A stretch of DNA of 64,000 nucleotides from Camelus ferus (taxonomy: Eukaryota), in the NCBI RefSeq assembly GCF_009834535.1, contig NC_045698.1:4900001-4964000 (forward strand), in the 5' to 3' direction. The notes under the pieces are model-generated. The model was not told the origin of the DNA. It saw nothing but the letters and a program-made list of their open reading frames with translations, and did not search any database. This document shows, one piece after another, positions 50,240 through 62,599 of the stretch. Position 1 is the first letter of the stretch. Each line of letters opens with the position of its first letter. Both the position numbers and the translations under genes were made by a program.

Positions 50240-50430
50240 GTGAAGATAAGGCGACGTCTTACAGAATATGCACCATGTCTGGGTGCTTTCCAAGCTTGGT
50301 TTTATTTCATCCTTGTGAAAATCACGTGTATCATGCACTGTCATCATTCCCACTTTATGATGAAGAAGTAGAGGCTAAGAGAAGTGACATGTCCAAGGTC
50401 ACACAGCCAGGAGTGGGTGAAGCTGCCTGA
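50240..50430 (-). mobile_element. MIR SINE
   Basis: 'cccactttatgatgaagaagtagaggctaagagaagtgacatgtccaaggtcacacagcc'. Confidence 0.8.
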
Positions 50431-51823
50431 GGGCTGTTTTCCTTCCTAGGGTGACAGTCCTTGCTTCCCTGATAAGGAAAGGGCACCGGATCAAAGGGAG
50501 CAAGCTAAGGTGGGGAGATGCTCTCATGGCTCAGAGACACGGACTTCATCCCAGCCCGGGTCAAAGGAGCCCAGCAGCTAGAAAAAGTGTCTCCAGGCTT
50601 CTTCTCAGGTCCCGACTGCACAGAGGAAGACCCATCTGATCCGCCTTATACAGCCCACAGGTGTGCCACCCCACATCCTGGATAACTCTCTGTGCACAAA
50701 GTTTTAGCATCTCGCTGTTTTCCATTTCTGTGAAAGAAAAACAAAACTTCTTTTAGTGTTTCATGATTAGCTGAGTGTCCGTTCTCTGACCCATTTTAAA
50801 GTCTGATGTAAGATGATCAGACGCCTGGCAGGTCAGCCCAAGGCTTTGAAGAATCAAAGTCCTTCATGTCTGAGACTACAATCCAGCCCACATTTGTTCG
50901 TTACACAGAAAATCGTATTTGCCATTTCCTGCTTGCTTAGGATAAAATACTGACAGTGTCCTGCATTCTGCTAGGTTTGACAATATTGTTAAGTTGGCTG
51001 CATGGTCTTCTGTGGAACATAAGTGGTTGTAATTCTTACTACCATTGAAACACTTTATGAGCTTTGAATATGGGCTGATTGAGTAAAGGCGGCTCCCACC
51101 CACTCAACCCTGTTTTGCACAACGTGAAGAGTGAGCTGTGATACACCTAGTCTCCACATACCCATGTTTCTGTGATGTCCCTAAGCATACTTGGAAAAAT
51201 CATGCAAATTTTAATGGCCACTGCAACCCTTCGTAATAAATTGTAAATAGCAAAACAAGATGCTCTTCATTTGCATTAAACCCTGGGATCTGGGTGCATT
51301 AAAACCCTGGCATCAACACAAGAAGAAAGTTTGCTCGCTTGAGATTCAGAAGAGAGATTCAGTGTCACAAAATCATTCCAGAGATTTCAAAATGGCTTCT
51401 TTTTAATCTACTGACAAGAAGTACCAAACTCTAAGACCTTCCTGTAAAGCTTCACCTTGATATTCCTATACATTAATTCAAATATCACACCCATTTATAC
51501 TTTCTGGATGGTAGTTGGAGTTCAAAATTATCTTTACTTTGAGTCACTGCAGTTGTTCCTGGTGATCTTCAAAGCTTGATGCTCAGATTTTTGTCAAACG
51601 ATACTGTTACCAAGATAAAGAGAAGAGGTTGTGCTTAGGTTTACATTTCTGGGTTCAAGACTGAATCGAGGCTTTCTTTCTCAGGACACAGACATGCTAT
51701 CATGGTTTTCTTCCTTTAACCACCCCCACCTCCAGAGAACCCCAGCCCCCAGAGCAGCCCCCATCACGGGGAGGGGGGGATAATGCAACAATCAAATGTG
51801 AGATGTGCTCTTTACTTCTGCAG

Positions 51824-51825
<2 letters not shown>

Positions 51826-51870
<45 letters not shown>
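51826..51870. repeat. (CA)n microsatellite
   Basis: Read directly from the sequence. Confidence 0.95.
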
Positions 51871-51872
<2 letters not shown>

Positions 51873-53598
51873 AACTTGAGTCAGCATGCATTAAATGATT
51901 TAAAATCCAACAATGTGCTGGATTTCAGTGCACATATTGCTCTTTTAATGTACTTTTAAGTATAATCAAATGGCCCATGGGGAGGGGAGTCAAACAACTT
52001 GGGCTGAACGTGGCTGATTGGCCACTGCTGGGGTGGTCCATGCTTCTTTCCACAATATCTGTTGGAACACCCAGATTCCTAAGATTCTCTCTAGTTCTAA
52101 TTTTTGTCCACTGTTTTGTTTCATATCAGTCTAGATCCAAAAATAGTGCCTTCACCATTTTTCATAAGAAATTCACTTATGCCGCTGACTTCACGAGTTT
52201 GGTAGACTTTGATAAATTTTTGGACTTTGGACTTTGGAAAAACTTTGATTTTTCATTTAAATAGAAATAAATTTTAAAAGCATAATTTTTTTCTTGGAAG
52301 TTTGGACATTTTAAGGAATAAAGAATCAACATTTATATACATAAATAAAAGTGTTTTTTTTTAAAGAGAAGTTCTGAGTTGCCAACAATGGGTCCTTATT
52401 CAACGTTGCATTATTAATAAGGCTAAACAGATTTGAGACTATTGCTGTTACTCATACGATGATCTCTTTTTTGGTTGATTTATCTACATTAGAAACCTTT
52501 GTTGATGTTTTGATTCTTGACCCACAGGACTAGGAAAATAGCATACTTATTTCAAAATGGTGTATGTTGAGGAAAAAAACATAATTACAGAGAAATAAAA
52601 TAACTCTTTTTTCATTGAAACGTTTTGTGCTTCTCTCTGAATTTTAGCCATTGTCTATCACCATGACAACTAAGTTTGCTACTGGGTGTGTCACCTGCCA
52701 TTTGAAACTTCACCAAAGATGTCTGCCTTCAGAGCTCTTGGTATCACCTAATGTTAAGCAACCCGAAATGAATAGCAAATGCCCGCCGCCCCAAGGGTGT
52801 ATCTTTGGTCTATTAAAAAATACATAGATTTTAGGCATCAACAGAGCATTTGAGAACAAAGGGTGCAGACTATCACCAGGCACCTTTGGTAGGGGAAAAA
52901 AATCAGTGTGACAGGGCCATAGCATCAGCCAGCCCTAGAGGGAAGAAGGACCAGGCAGAGCAGCGCAGACTTAGGCCTGTCTTCAGATCCAGTTCAACAG
53001 ACTAAAATCCAGGCAGTAAGTTCCTGTGAGTTACCTCTTTGATAGCATCTGGCTGAGAAACTTTGACTCCATCTCTGAAGTTTCCCTTCCTCCTCTCAAC
53101 ACTCTGTATACCTTTTGATGTTCCCAAGAGAGACACGTAAATGGAGAACACAAACGCTTCCCTAACCGCCTCTGCTAAAGCTGACAGGGTTACTCCTTCT
53201 TCATCTTCTTCCACTGCCACATCCTGATGTCCATCTCTGGGTGCCATAATCCAGTAAGTGTGCCTCAACTTGACTTTCCCTTCCTGGGAGGTCATGGGGA
53301 GTGGGCGTGTGGCGTGCTGACAAGGAGATGGGCAGCTGTGGCTGGAGTCAGGCGGATATCTGTAGACAAAGCATTGGAGAGATAACAACTGATTTTAATT
53401 TCTCCCTAGAAATAAATAAATAAATTTTAATTTCTTCTCCCTAGAGAAGAAAACCAAAAACTAAATCAATAAACAATAATCTTTTGCGGGGATGAGAGAT
53501 CTGAAATATGTGTAAAGCTTATAAGATTTTTTTGTTCCTCTTTGGATTCTTGAAATTTGAACTCCAGAAATAATCTCAGGGGAGCTGAGCTGTAAGCA

Positions 53599-53810
53599 CA
53601 TGATTCAGCAAACTGTTTCTTAAAGGAGGAGATAGTAACATTTTAGGTTTTGTGGATCAAGAGGACAAACCAAGGATGTTATGTAGATACTCACATGACC
53701 ACTTAAAATGAAACTGTTTTAAAATGTAAAAGCCAGCCTTGGTTTGCAGTCTGGACAAAAACAGGCAGTGGGCCAGTCTTGGCCTACTGGCCATAGTCTG
53801 TTGACCTCTG
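53599..53810 (+). mobile_element. MER58-type hAT-Charlie MITE
   Basis: 'cagcaaactgtttcttaaagg..agatagtaacattttagg...acaaaaacaggcagtgggccag...gccatagtctgttgacctctg'. Confidence 0.8.
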
Positions 53811-54439
53811 CATTAAAGGCTTCAACGTTATTGGAAATTTGTCTTCTCTTAAGAGACAGAAACGAAAAGAACAAGAAAGAATCTTAACTATGAGTAAATT
53901 TAAGTTTTCAAAAATATAACTTTAAAATTAATTAAGCTACCTTGAATCTGGCTCCTATTCTTTACAACCTAAGAGTTTGTAAAGGCAGGAATAGGTCATG
54001 GGTTGGTTAGTCTCAAAGGTCTCAGGACAAAACTTGGTCTTCCCTGATTCCACAGTACTATTTGTAATGTGGACTGAACAATATGGAGAATGTTAGGTTC
54101 CCAAGTCTTATCCTGCCTTCATAAGCTCCTCTATGTATCAATTTACAAGACCTCTCAGAAAACACTTTGAAATAAAAATAATTGCCTTGTTCTTGGAAAT
54201 GATATTTTAGAAATGAAGGCACAACTTTTTGAATTAGGAAATAAAAGGAAAAATATCATAATTTTTCTTCTTATACTGGTGTCCTGATAGCTTATTTTGG
54301 AACATCACATATAATGATTCTAGAACATCTGAAACGAATGGATACTTAGAAACACATACATGGCTTGATGGTGAGCACACTGAATATTTACCAGTATCAT
54401 TCAGAAGATTCTTTAAGGAGGATTTATGTCATTTCAGCC

Positions 54440-56200
54440 CCTATATGTCTAAGATTTCTTTAAAGATCATTTTATACAGTAGATAACACCCTACCAGAGT
54501 GGCAGCAGAAAGCCCTTGTTAGGAAGTTAATGCAGTTATCCCAGGGAGGGAGGATAAGGGCTGTAGCGTCTCAGACTGTGGTCTCAGAATGCGGATGTAT
54601 TTCAAGAGTTGAACTGATAGGGTTTCTTGATGGACTGGGTGTGGAGGCTGAGGGAAAGAGAAAAGGCAAAGATAAACCCTAGACTCCTGGTCTGGGAAAT
54701 CATGTAAGTTACAGTATCATTTCCTGAGATGGGGGAAGCCTATGGTGGCATGTAGAATTCAGAAATTCTGTTTTGTACATAATAAGTTTGAAACTCCTTA
54801 GGTATCTGGGTGGGAATATCAAGGAAACATGTGCGTCTACATTGAGTCTCAGGGGAGATCTTAGAGATGGAGACACACATATGGGTGTGATCAGTTCCCG
54901 GGGCTGGATGTGATCACACAGAGAGGTGGAAAATGTGGACGGAGAAGGACACCTGGAGCCAACCTGGAGCTGCCGCTGTGTAGACTTGGGGAAGATTTGG
55001 AGGCGCCATCAAAGGGGGCAAAAGGGGACAATCATTGAGAAGGAAGAAGCCATGCTGGGCAGGATGTTGATCTAGAGAATGAGGGAGGAAAGATTTTCAA
55101 GAGAGTCAAATGTTTCAGGGAATTCTGTCAAGAAGGACTGAGGAGTGACGTTAAAACTGGCCAACCACAGTCCACAGCCACCCTGAGAGTGCGATGGTAG
55201 AAACAGAAGCCTGGTTAGAAGCGTTTAAAAAGAGAATCAGCAGTGTCTACAGACCATTGCTCCTCGAAGCACTGTCTCTGGCCTCGAAGTATTGGCCTCG
55301 CCTGTGAGCGTCTTAAATATTCAGAATCTCAGGCTCTGCCCCAGACTTACTGAATCAGAGCTGTGTTTTGACGAGGTCATCCCTGTGCAAGTTGAAGAAG
55401 CATTGGTTCCACAACTCTGTTGAGGTCTTTCGCTATATAGGTGAGCAGAGCCACAGAGCTACTCCCCACTACAGTGAAGGAGGATAAGGGAAATGGGATA
55501 AAAGGTTTTGTTTTTTTTAAAGATATGACCTAATATAACATTTTTTGTTGATTACCATGATCTATTAAAGATGGGAACATTTAATGATGAAGAAGTAGGT
55601 AATTGCAAAAACAGCGATCTAAAGGAGGCAAAAGAAAGAGACCCAGTGTCCGGGTGGAGGGCCGGCCTTAAGTAGAAGCAGGAGGGGGGACAGAACCCGG
55701 GGCCTCACTGCAGGGAGACTGGCCTATTTGGTGATGGGAGATGAAGTTGCTTTCTTTGTTTTCTGCTTCCTCAGTGAAATAAGAAACATTGATCATCAGT
55801 TGAAAGTAAGCAGGGAAGTTGGTGTTGAGGTTTAAGAAAAATCAGAAGATCTGAACCGTTTTCTCTGGGAGCATGAAAACTCTTTGCAAAGAAATACAGT
55901 GGGATGACTCGGCAGCACTGAGGACCCGCTGAGGATTCATGGCCGTAAATTAAAAAGAAAGGCCAATCAGCACAGTGACTTTTTTCTCTCAGTCCACATT
56001 AAGCCCTTCAGATGCAGGCACACAGCAGACAGTGAATTGATTTAACTGGCGTTGGGACTCTGCCAGGCAAATATGGAGGTGATGGCAAGGAGGGGTGAGG
56101 AATCAAAGTCCTGGGAAGAAGACATAGAAATGTTGGCCCCATAATAAGGTCAGACAAAAGGTTTAAAGACCCCAGTTCAGTCCGAAATGTTAGAATTGGG
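54440..56200 (-). mobile_element. L2 LINE fragments, interrupted by MER5A
   Basis: Purine-rich plus strand with 'gtttcttgatggactgggtgtggagg', 'gaaattctgttttgtacataataagtttga', 'ggctggatgtgatcac'. Confidence 0.65.
55255..55405. mobile_element. MER5A-like hAT MITE
   Basis: 'cagaatctcaggctctgccccagacttactgaatcagagc...aagttgaagaagcattg'. Confidence 0.75.
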
Positions 56201-56208
56201 GTTCAAGG

Positions 56209-56395
56209 TAAGGTTACCAGATTTGGCAAATAATAACCCAGGATGCCCAGTTAATTTGAATTTCAGAATAAAAACAATATTTTAGTAAAAGTGTCCCTGC
56301 AAATGCTTTATGGGCATAATCATTTTGTAAATATGAAACTATTTATTTGAAACTCAAATTTAACGGGGCACCTTATATTTAATCTGGAGACCCTG
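56209..56395. mobile_element. MER53-like hAT MITE
   Basis: Terminal inverted repeats 'aggttaccagattt' and 'aatctggagaccct'; inner 'caggatgcccagttaatttgaatttcag' and 'ctcaaatttaacggggcacc'; degenerate 8-bp TSD. Confidence 0.8.
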
Positions 56396-56849
56396 GCCCA
56401 AGAGACAGTGAGCTGTGGGTTTGAAGGCCATTATCTGGGAACTGAAGGCTTTACAGTGAGGTCCAGACAGTGATCTAATCAGGGCAGTTGGAAAAGTGTA
56501 GGGAATGACAGCGGCCATGGGGGAAGAGGCTTCGGGGGGCTGTCAGGAATGGCCGAGGAGCTGGAATTCCAGGACTGGGAGCAGACTGACTTGATGGATG
56601 CTATGGAAGCTGAATTTGTGATACACACACACACACACACATATCTTCTTTATCCAGTCAGCCATTGACTGTCCTTCAATATTCTTTCCTAACCAGTCTA
56701 CCACAAAATCAGAAATTCTCACCAGTGAGATACATTTTGTGGATGAAAGCTGAGAATTCAATCTCTTTTTCTCTTCAGTAGTTTGCCCTTACCTTCAAAC
56801 ACAGTTCTGCACAGAAGTCTAATACAAAATTCAGGGGGAAATGCACTTT

Positions 56850-57030
56850 GCTCAGCAGACCCTGCACCAGCCAAGCATGTTTGCATATTTGATCTTCACA
56901 GCAGCCTTGAGCGTTAGGAGTCATTCCCTTTCATGACGTAGACAAGGAAACTGAAGCTTCAAGTGGTTAGGTTTCCCACACCCCTCAGCTGCTAAATGGC
57001 AGGCATTGCAGGTCAGGTCTCTCTGGCTTC
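56850..57030 (-). mobile_element. MIR SINE
   Basis: 'gatcttcacagcagccttga...agacaaggaaactgaagcttc..gtggttagg'. Confidence 0.65.
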
Positions 57031-59164
57031 AAATAAAGCGTGAAAATTTATTCCGACACCCACAGCAACTCACACGCCTTCCCCGGCCACGCTCTCCGGC
57101 CCGCGTGCAGACCCAGCTCTCTCCGGGTGTCCACGTGTTGCTGGGCTTCTGATCCTGGCCTCGGCGCTCACTCATCCCACAGATGGAGGGTGGGGGCCAG
57201 CCCATGGCAGGCAGTTGGGCTGACTGGTCCTTCTCCAGCACCTCCGGGGTGAGGTCCTTGTGTGCAGCCCCATCCCCGGGTCCACGTGCAATCTCATCAC
57301 AACCAAAGATCTTCAATCCTGAAGGGAGGGGGTCCCCCAGGACACACACTCAGAACCCCACCCCACCTAGTTCTGTTCATCAGAGAGCAGAGGAAGCATG
57401 CTTTTTGGAGGATAACAGAGAGATTTATAGGAGTAGATGCCCAAAGGACAGTAGGGAGGAAAAGGAGAAAGAGAAACAAAACAACCGAAGGTGGATCCCT
57501 TGCTCCAGCCCTATTTTTAGAGTTTATTTACTGATTAAGGAGCCCACGTCCAGATGAGCAGAGGTGCTGCCTGCCCCTCGCTGGCACCTGCTCCCTGCTC
57601 TGGGGACCACACCTGGGTCTGATGGTGGCTGACGAGTCTCCAAGGGGCCATGTTGGCTTCCTGTTCTGGGTGGGATTTCTAGGACTAAACGTCCTTTTCT
57701 CAACGAACACAAAGTTATTTGATCTTCACTCCCCGCATGGACCTGCCATTTCCTAAACAAAATAAATCACTTAAAATTGGCTTTGACCAGTAAGCTGGAA
57801 CCGAGCAGGGCTTCCCTCTTCGCCCCACTTTGGGAGCCCAGTGTGATATAAGGAAGGCTATTATCAGCCAAATGGCCGGGGGGGGGGGGGCACATTTAAC
57901 TTGCGGTCAGCGAGGTGGTGGAAATTTCGGAGTCGCTGCACCAGCAGACAAAGCGGGGCAGTCAGTAATCACCACATTCCGGGATGTTTTCTAGCACTTC
58001 CGTCTTGAACATACGGAGCGAGTTTCTTCCTCTCGGCCATCTATACCTGGTTTTCACTGAATCAGCCGATGGTCTGCTTAATTTCACAGGGACATAATCT
58101 GGAAGAGCACAAAATTCACAATTGTAGTAGCAGTTACGGTTAAGAGAAGGTAGCCTGTGGTCACCGGGGTGTATGTCCATCTGCGGGTCTTCTGGAAACA
58201 ACGGAAATGTTGTCATTGCCCAGCTTCAGTTAATGTTTCAGTGAGCCTGAGTGGTCAGGGTTCACTAAGACTGCTCAGTGCAGGGAGCGACAGAGATTCT
58301 GAGACCTGGTCCAGGGTGAGCAGAAATCACGAGGAGTGAAGCACAGACACGAAGGACCTGGGAACAAAGGCAGCCGGAGGGCCACCAGACGTGTGAGGGG
58401 CTGGAGGGGCTGCTCAGCTTGGCAGGCTTGCTGCCATGTATCAAACACAACCAGGATCACAGAATGCCTCCTTCCTTGGCAATAGGGGCAAGATTCATAA
58501 TTTTGAAAAGTAATCTTACTTAATCTTAGTGTTTTAGTATTTCAACTTCATTAAGTAATCAAATGGGAACATTGTTCAACACATAGATACGCATTTCACT
58601 GGCAACTTTTTGAAGGCCTGTTTTATAAAGTGAGCCGTGCATGAACAAGGGCAACTCGGGGACCATTCACACAATGAATTTTTACTCACAGACATTGATT
58701 TCCAGTAAAGCCTGAAAAGATGGAGTCACGGAGCTGATCCACTTGAAATCAGAGGGTGGCTCTTCTGCAGGATGGCGGGGGGGGGGGGGGAGGGCGGGAA
58801 TGGATGAGCTGCCTAAGACTGGGCCACTTACCCTGCAAGTTACATGACAAAGTTGTTCATCTTGGTAATCCTTGCAGGGCCAAGCCACTAGAGGAGTGAC
58901 ACAGTGAAACATGTTGCAGATCAGAACAGCCACATTTTAGGGCACACCGACCTCCTCAGCCTCTATTACCATGTCACTATCCAGTTCCATTCTCTACGTG
59001 TGCCCACTTCACACGGCTTGACCGTTCCTCACGGAGACAGGGCTTGGGAACTCCTTCAGAGAACAGTGGGACTCACGCTGCCTTCGGATTGTCCCCGGCG
59101 GCTCCTGCGGTCAGAGGCAGCAGGCTTCAGACCCCCGGTGAGGCTGCCGGGCAGCTCAGGTGAG

Positions 59165-59178
59165 GCGCCGCCTGCTGG
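59165..59178 (-). promoter_or_regulatory. Candidate CTCF site
   Basis: Minus strand CCAGCAGGCGGCGC is one mismatch from the CCASYAGRKGGCRS consensus, within a CpG-rich patch. Confidence 0.4.
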
Positions 59179-59339
59179 CTGGAATGGCCACACGTGACTG
59201 CCGCCGCCTCTCGTCAGTGACTGTCCACGCCTCCTGTTTCTCCCTTTTGACAACTGCAGCTGGGTTGCCTCCCTCTTCTCGCTGTATCTTTAGTTATTTG
59301 GTGGAGCCCTCTGTTCCCACAATGAGATGTTTTAGGGGG

Positions 59340-59535
59340 GAATCTGATTGCCAGCCTCGTCCACCACTTAACCATCTGTACGACTGTGAACAAAGTCTCT
59401 CCGCTTCTCTGAAACTCAGTTATTCATTTTGTAAAATGGAGGTAATAGTAGTTGCCTCACAGGGTAATTGTAAGAATTACACTGAGTACAAGTACTTGGA
59501 TAAAGCTCACAGTCAGAGCAGGGCTTTGGTGCATG
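59340..59535 (+). mobile_element. MIR SINE
   Basis: 'tctctgaaactcagttattcattttgtaaaatggaggtaatagtagttgcctcacagggtaattgtaagaatta'. Confidence 0.8.
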
Positions 59536-59580
59536 CCATCTCCCATCCCTGTTTCTTATTCTATAATCCAGCTTCACTCC

Positions 59581-60012
59581 TGTGTTAGTTCCTGTGGCCG
59601 CCATAACAAATTCCTACAAACGGGGTGGCTTGAAACAGCAGAAGCTTATTCTCTCACAGTTCTAGAAGCTCAGAGTGTCAGGCAGAGCCATGCTCTCTCT
59701 GAAGACTCCGGGGAGGAGTCCCTCCTTGCCTCAGTCCTTGGGCTTCATTGGCTACAGCTGCCAGCTGCCGTCACTTCAGTCGCTGCCTCCATCCTCACGT
59801 GTCCCCTCTGTATCCTTCCTCCCTCTGTGTGCCTAAGTGTCCTCTCCTCTTCTTAGAGGAGCACGAGCCCTTAGATTTGGAGCCTAACCAATGCAGGACA
59901 ACCTCCCCTTAACTTCATTAATACCGCCGTCAAAGATCCCATTTCCAAATAAGGTCGTGTTCTGAGGTTTCAGATGGATATGAATTTGGGGGACATGATT
60001 CACACCACTGTA
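59581..60012 (-). mobile_element. MLT1B/C-type MaLR LTR
   Basis: 'tgtgttagttcctgtggccgccataacaaatt...cttattctctcacagttctagaagc...ccatttccaaataaggtc...tttgggggacatgattca'. Confidence 0.85.
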
Positions 60013-62599
60013 ACACTGAAATGTCTATAGTTTCTTGGAAGGATATGACCTTAATTTTTTCTTAAAATCCCTAAAACCCTCCCAAAGTATGTATATTTTA
60101 TAAATACCTACTAAAATGCTTATTGATTTTTCTGATTAACTTAAAAAATACCCAATTTGACATTTTCATCATTAGTAAGGTGTCATGACCTACTGGGGTG
60201 TCTTTAATGGCACAGAATGTTTTTTCACACCTCTGTGCGGTCCATCTGTCTCGCTGGACTGGTTTCTACTGCGTATGGACGTCATCATCAGGTTACAAAT
60301 CTGCAGGGAGGTTTTGAGACAGTTCAAATCCTGGGATCTGTGATCAGCTCCTATCACTTTCAAAAGATACCTTGTGTTCTAGGAACAGAGTCAAAAGCTG
60401 TCATTCCCTGTTTTACTATGTAAGATGATATTCCTCAAAAACAAGGTTTTGGGGGGAAGACGTCAGTAGTTAAGCTGCTGTTTCAATAACTAAACAAAAT
60501 TTGGCATTTGTCACTACCTTTATAAAAATTTAAAACTTATTAATAAATTATATTCAATATCAGTCATAGAATTGTAAGAATAAAATAATCTTAGAGATGT
60601 TAGCTTCAATCCTCTCAGTTCACAGCTGAGAAGACTGATGTCCCCGAAGGTTAAGTGGCGACTTTCACAGAATTACACAAAACCACCTTAGTAACCAACG
60701 TCCATTAGTGAGCACCTCCCTCCACACCAACACCACCAGTCTGTAGGTTGGATTTTTAGGGACTCCTAATTGGTGTCATTATTTCAGAAGTCTTTCTCCC
60801 CTCAGGCATTTTGATCAACTTCTTGCTTTCTTAAATGTCAGTTAGCAGTTCCAATTTTTAAGATACACTTGGATAAAAAAGATTTCCAAAAATCATTTGG
60901 ATGATTTAATGATCATTCTTGTGTAGTCATACATCAATACAGCACCATAGAAAGAGAGATTTGGTACCATATTAAAATATTTCTTGAGCATCACTGTAGG
61001 ATGGGAATTCTGACATTTGTTCAAAACAAAGTCAAAAAAGATCTAGAATAATTCTTCCAAGACTCATAGTCATAGCTTATAAACTAGTCACTCAAATGCC
61101 ATATACTGAATTTAATAAGATATGCAAGAACTTTCATAACATCAGCAGAGAGAGGACGTGTCAAGAAAGGCTTCTCGTGTCATTTGAACTAGGACCTCAG
61201 GAGGAGAAGGGCACAGAGGAGAACATACTGTTCTTGGAAGGACAGAAATAAATGTGAGATTATGAAAGCAGGAGGCGAGCTCAGTGTCCCCAGAAGGCTT
61301 AGCCTGCCTGTAGGTCATTTAATTAATTCATTCAAAAAGTGAGTACTGGGTCTTGTTCTGATCTAGGCACCATTAAGCACAAGGCATAAAGCAATTAAGA
61401 CCCTGAGTCTGCCATCAACTGGAGTGGATCATTCACTCCTAAGATTTAGAATTTGATTGGCTTCTAAGATTTATCACCCTGCTTCATCCATTAGCCAGCC
61501 AGAATGGAGAGATTGCCAGCTGAGTCTCCATTTGGGGGATATCTGCAGACAAGGGGGTTCACGGGAAGTAAATGTGTGCGGAAGAGAGGGTAAGAACATG
61601 GGCGGGGCCTCTGGGCACGCGACCCTTGCCATGTTTTCAGGCTGACGGCTGACAACGCTGATTTTTCTGAAGCTCCCTCCAAGCGTGGCTACATGGGTAG
61701 TCTTGGTAACAGTGAGTAGTGGCGGGGTATCAGGAAGGGGACTCATCTCAGTTCACAAATCTGTCTTAACGGTACTAGTCTCAAGCCTCAGGTTTTCCCC
61801 TTCTTCTGACTCATCCAAAAATATTTTGAACTTCTTTCTATTTAATTTAGTTGAATGAGGAGGGGACCACACCCATTGGTGTGGTCCAATCAGCAGCAAG
61901 CTCTGGGGGAGTGGGTGGCCACAGGCGAGAGATGGAAAAGATGCTGGCAGTGACCACGTGATTTGCTTAAACATGTACCCTCTCCTATGCCTCAAAGAAA
62001 CTTATCTGCAGGCACATTCCATTTTCTGATTAGATAAGCCAGGGCTTTGTGATTTTTCTTTTTGTAACTAACCAGCTTTTGAATATACCTGTAAAGTCTA
62101 TTAGTTTACTGTTTTTCATTTGTTCACTTTTGTTTAGAAATGAGTTTATCTAAAGCTCTTTAGAAAGGAGTCCTCCTGTATTTACTGGACTTAAATAATC
62201 TAGCTGCAAAGAAAATCTCTGCAAGGGAACGTGTCGATAGTACAGTGGTAAACCTTTGAGTTCTAATGATGGAAAATGCTAAGCCAACATCTTTTTCCCA
62301 CTAATTTGGAAAATCAGTGTTAGATCTCTATGAGCTTTCTTAAAGGGAATAAAGTGTTAAAGATTCATACAAATTTCTTCTCGTCTTTTCACACGCAGAG
62401 TCTCCTGGGGTTGAAATATTTAATTTCCACGCATGTTTTCATCATTGATATATATGTGCGACTACATCTATGATATGTATGTGGGATTCCATACACATTT
62501 ATGTATATATACTCAGATACATATATAATATCATCAAGATAGTCTATATCTTTAGGCTTTTTTCTCTGTGACACTTGATAATTTGTGCATATAATAGAA

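Noticed and set aside
53002..53388. 128-aa ORF with a short acidic patch
   Set aside because: No recognisable homology or convincing splice boundaries; not supportable as a gene.
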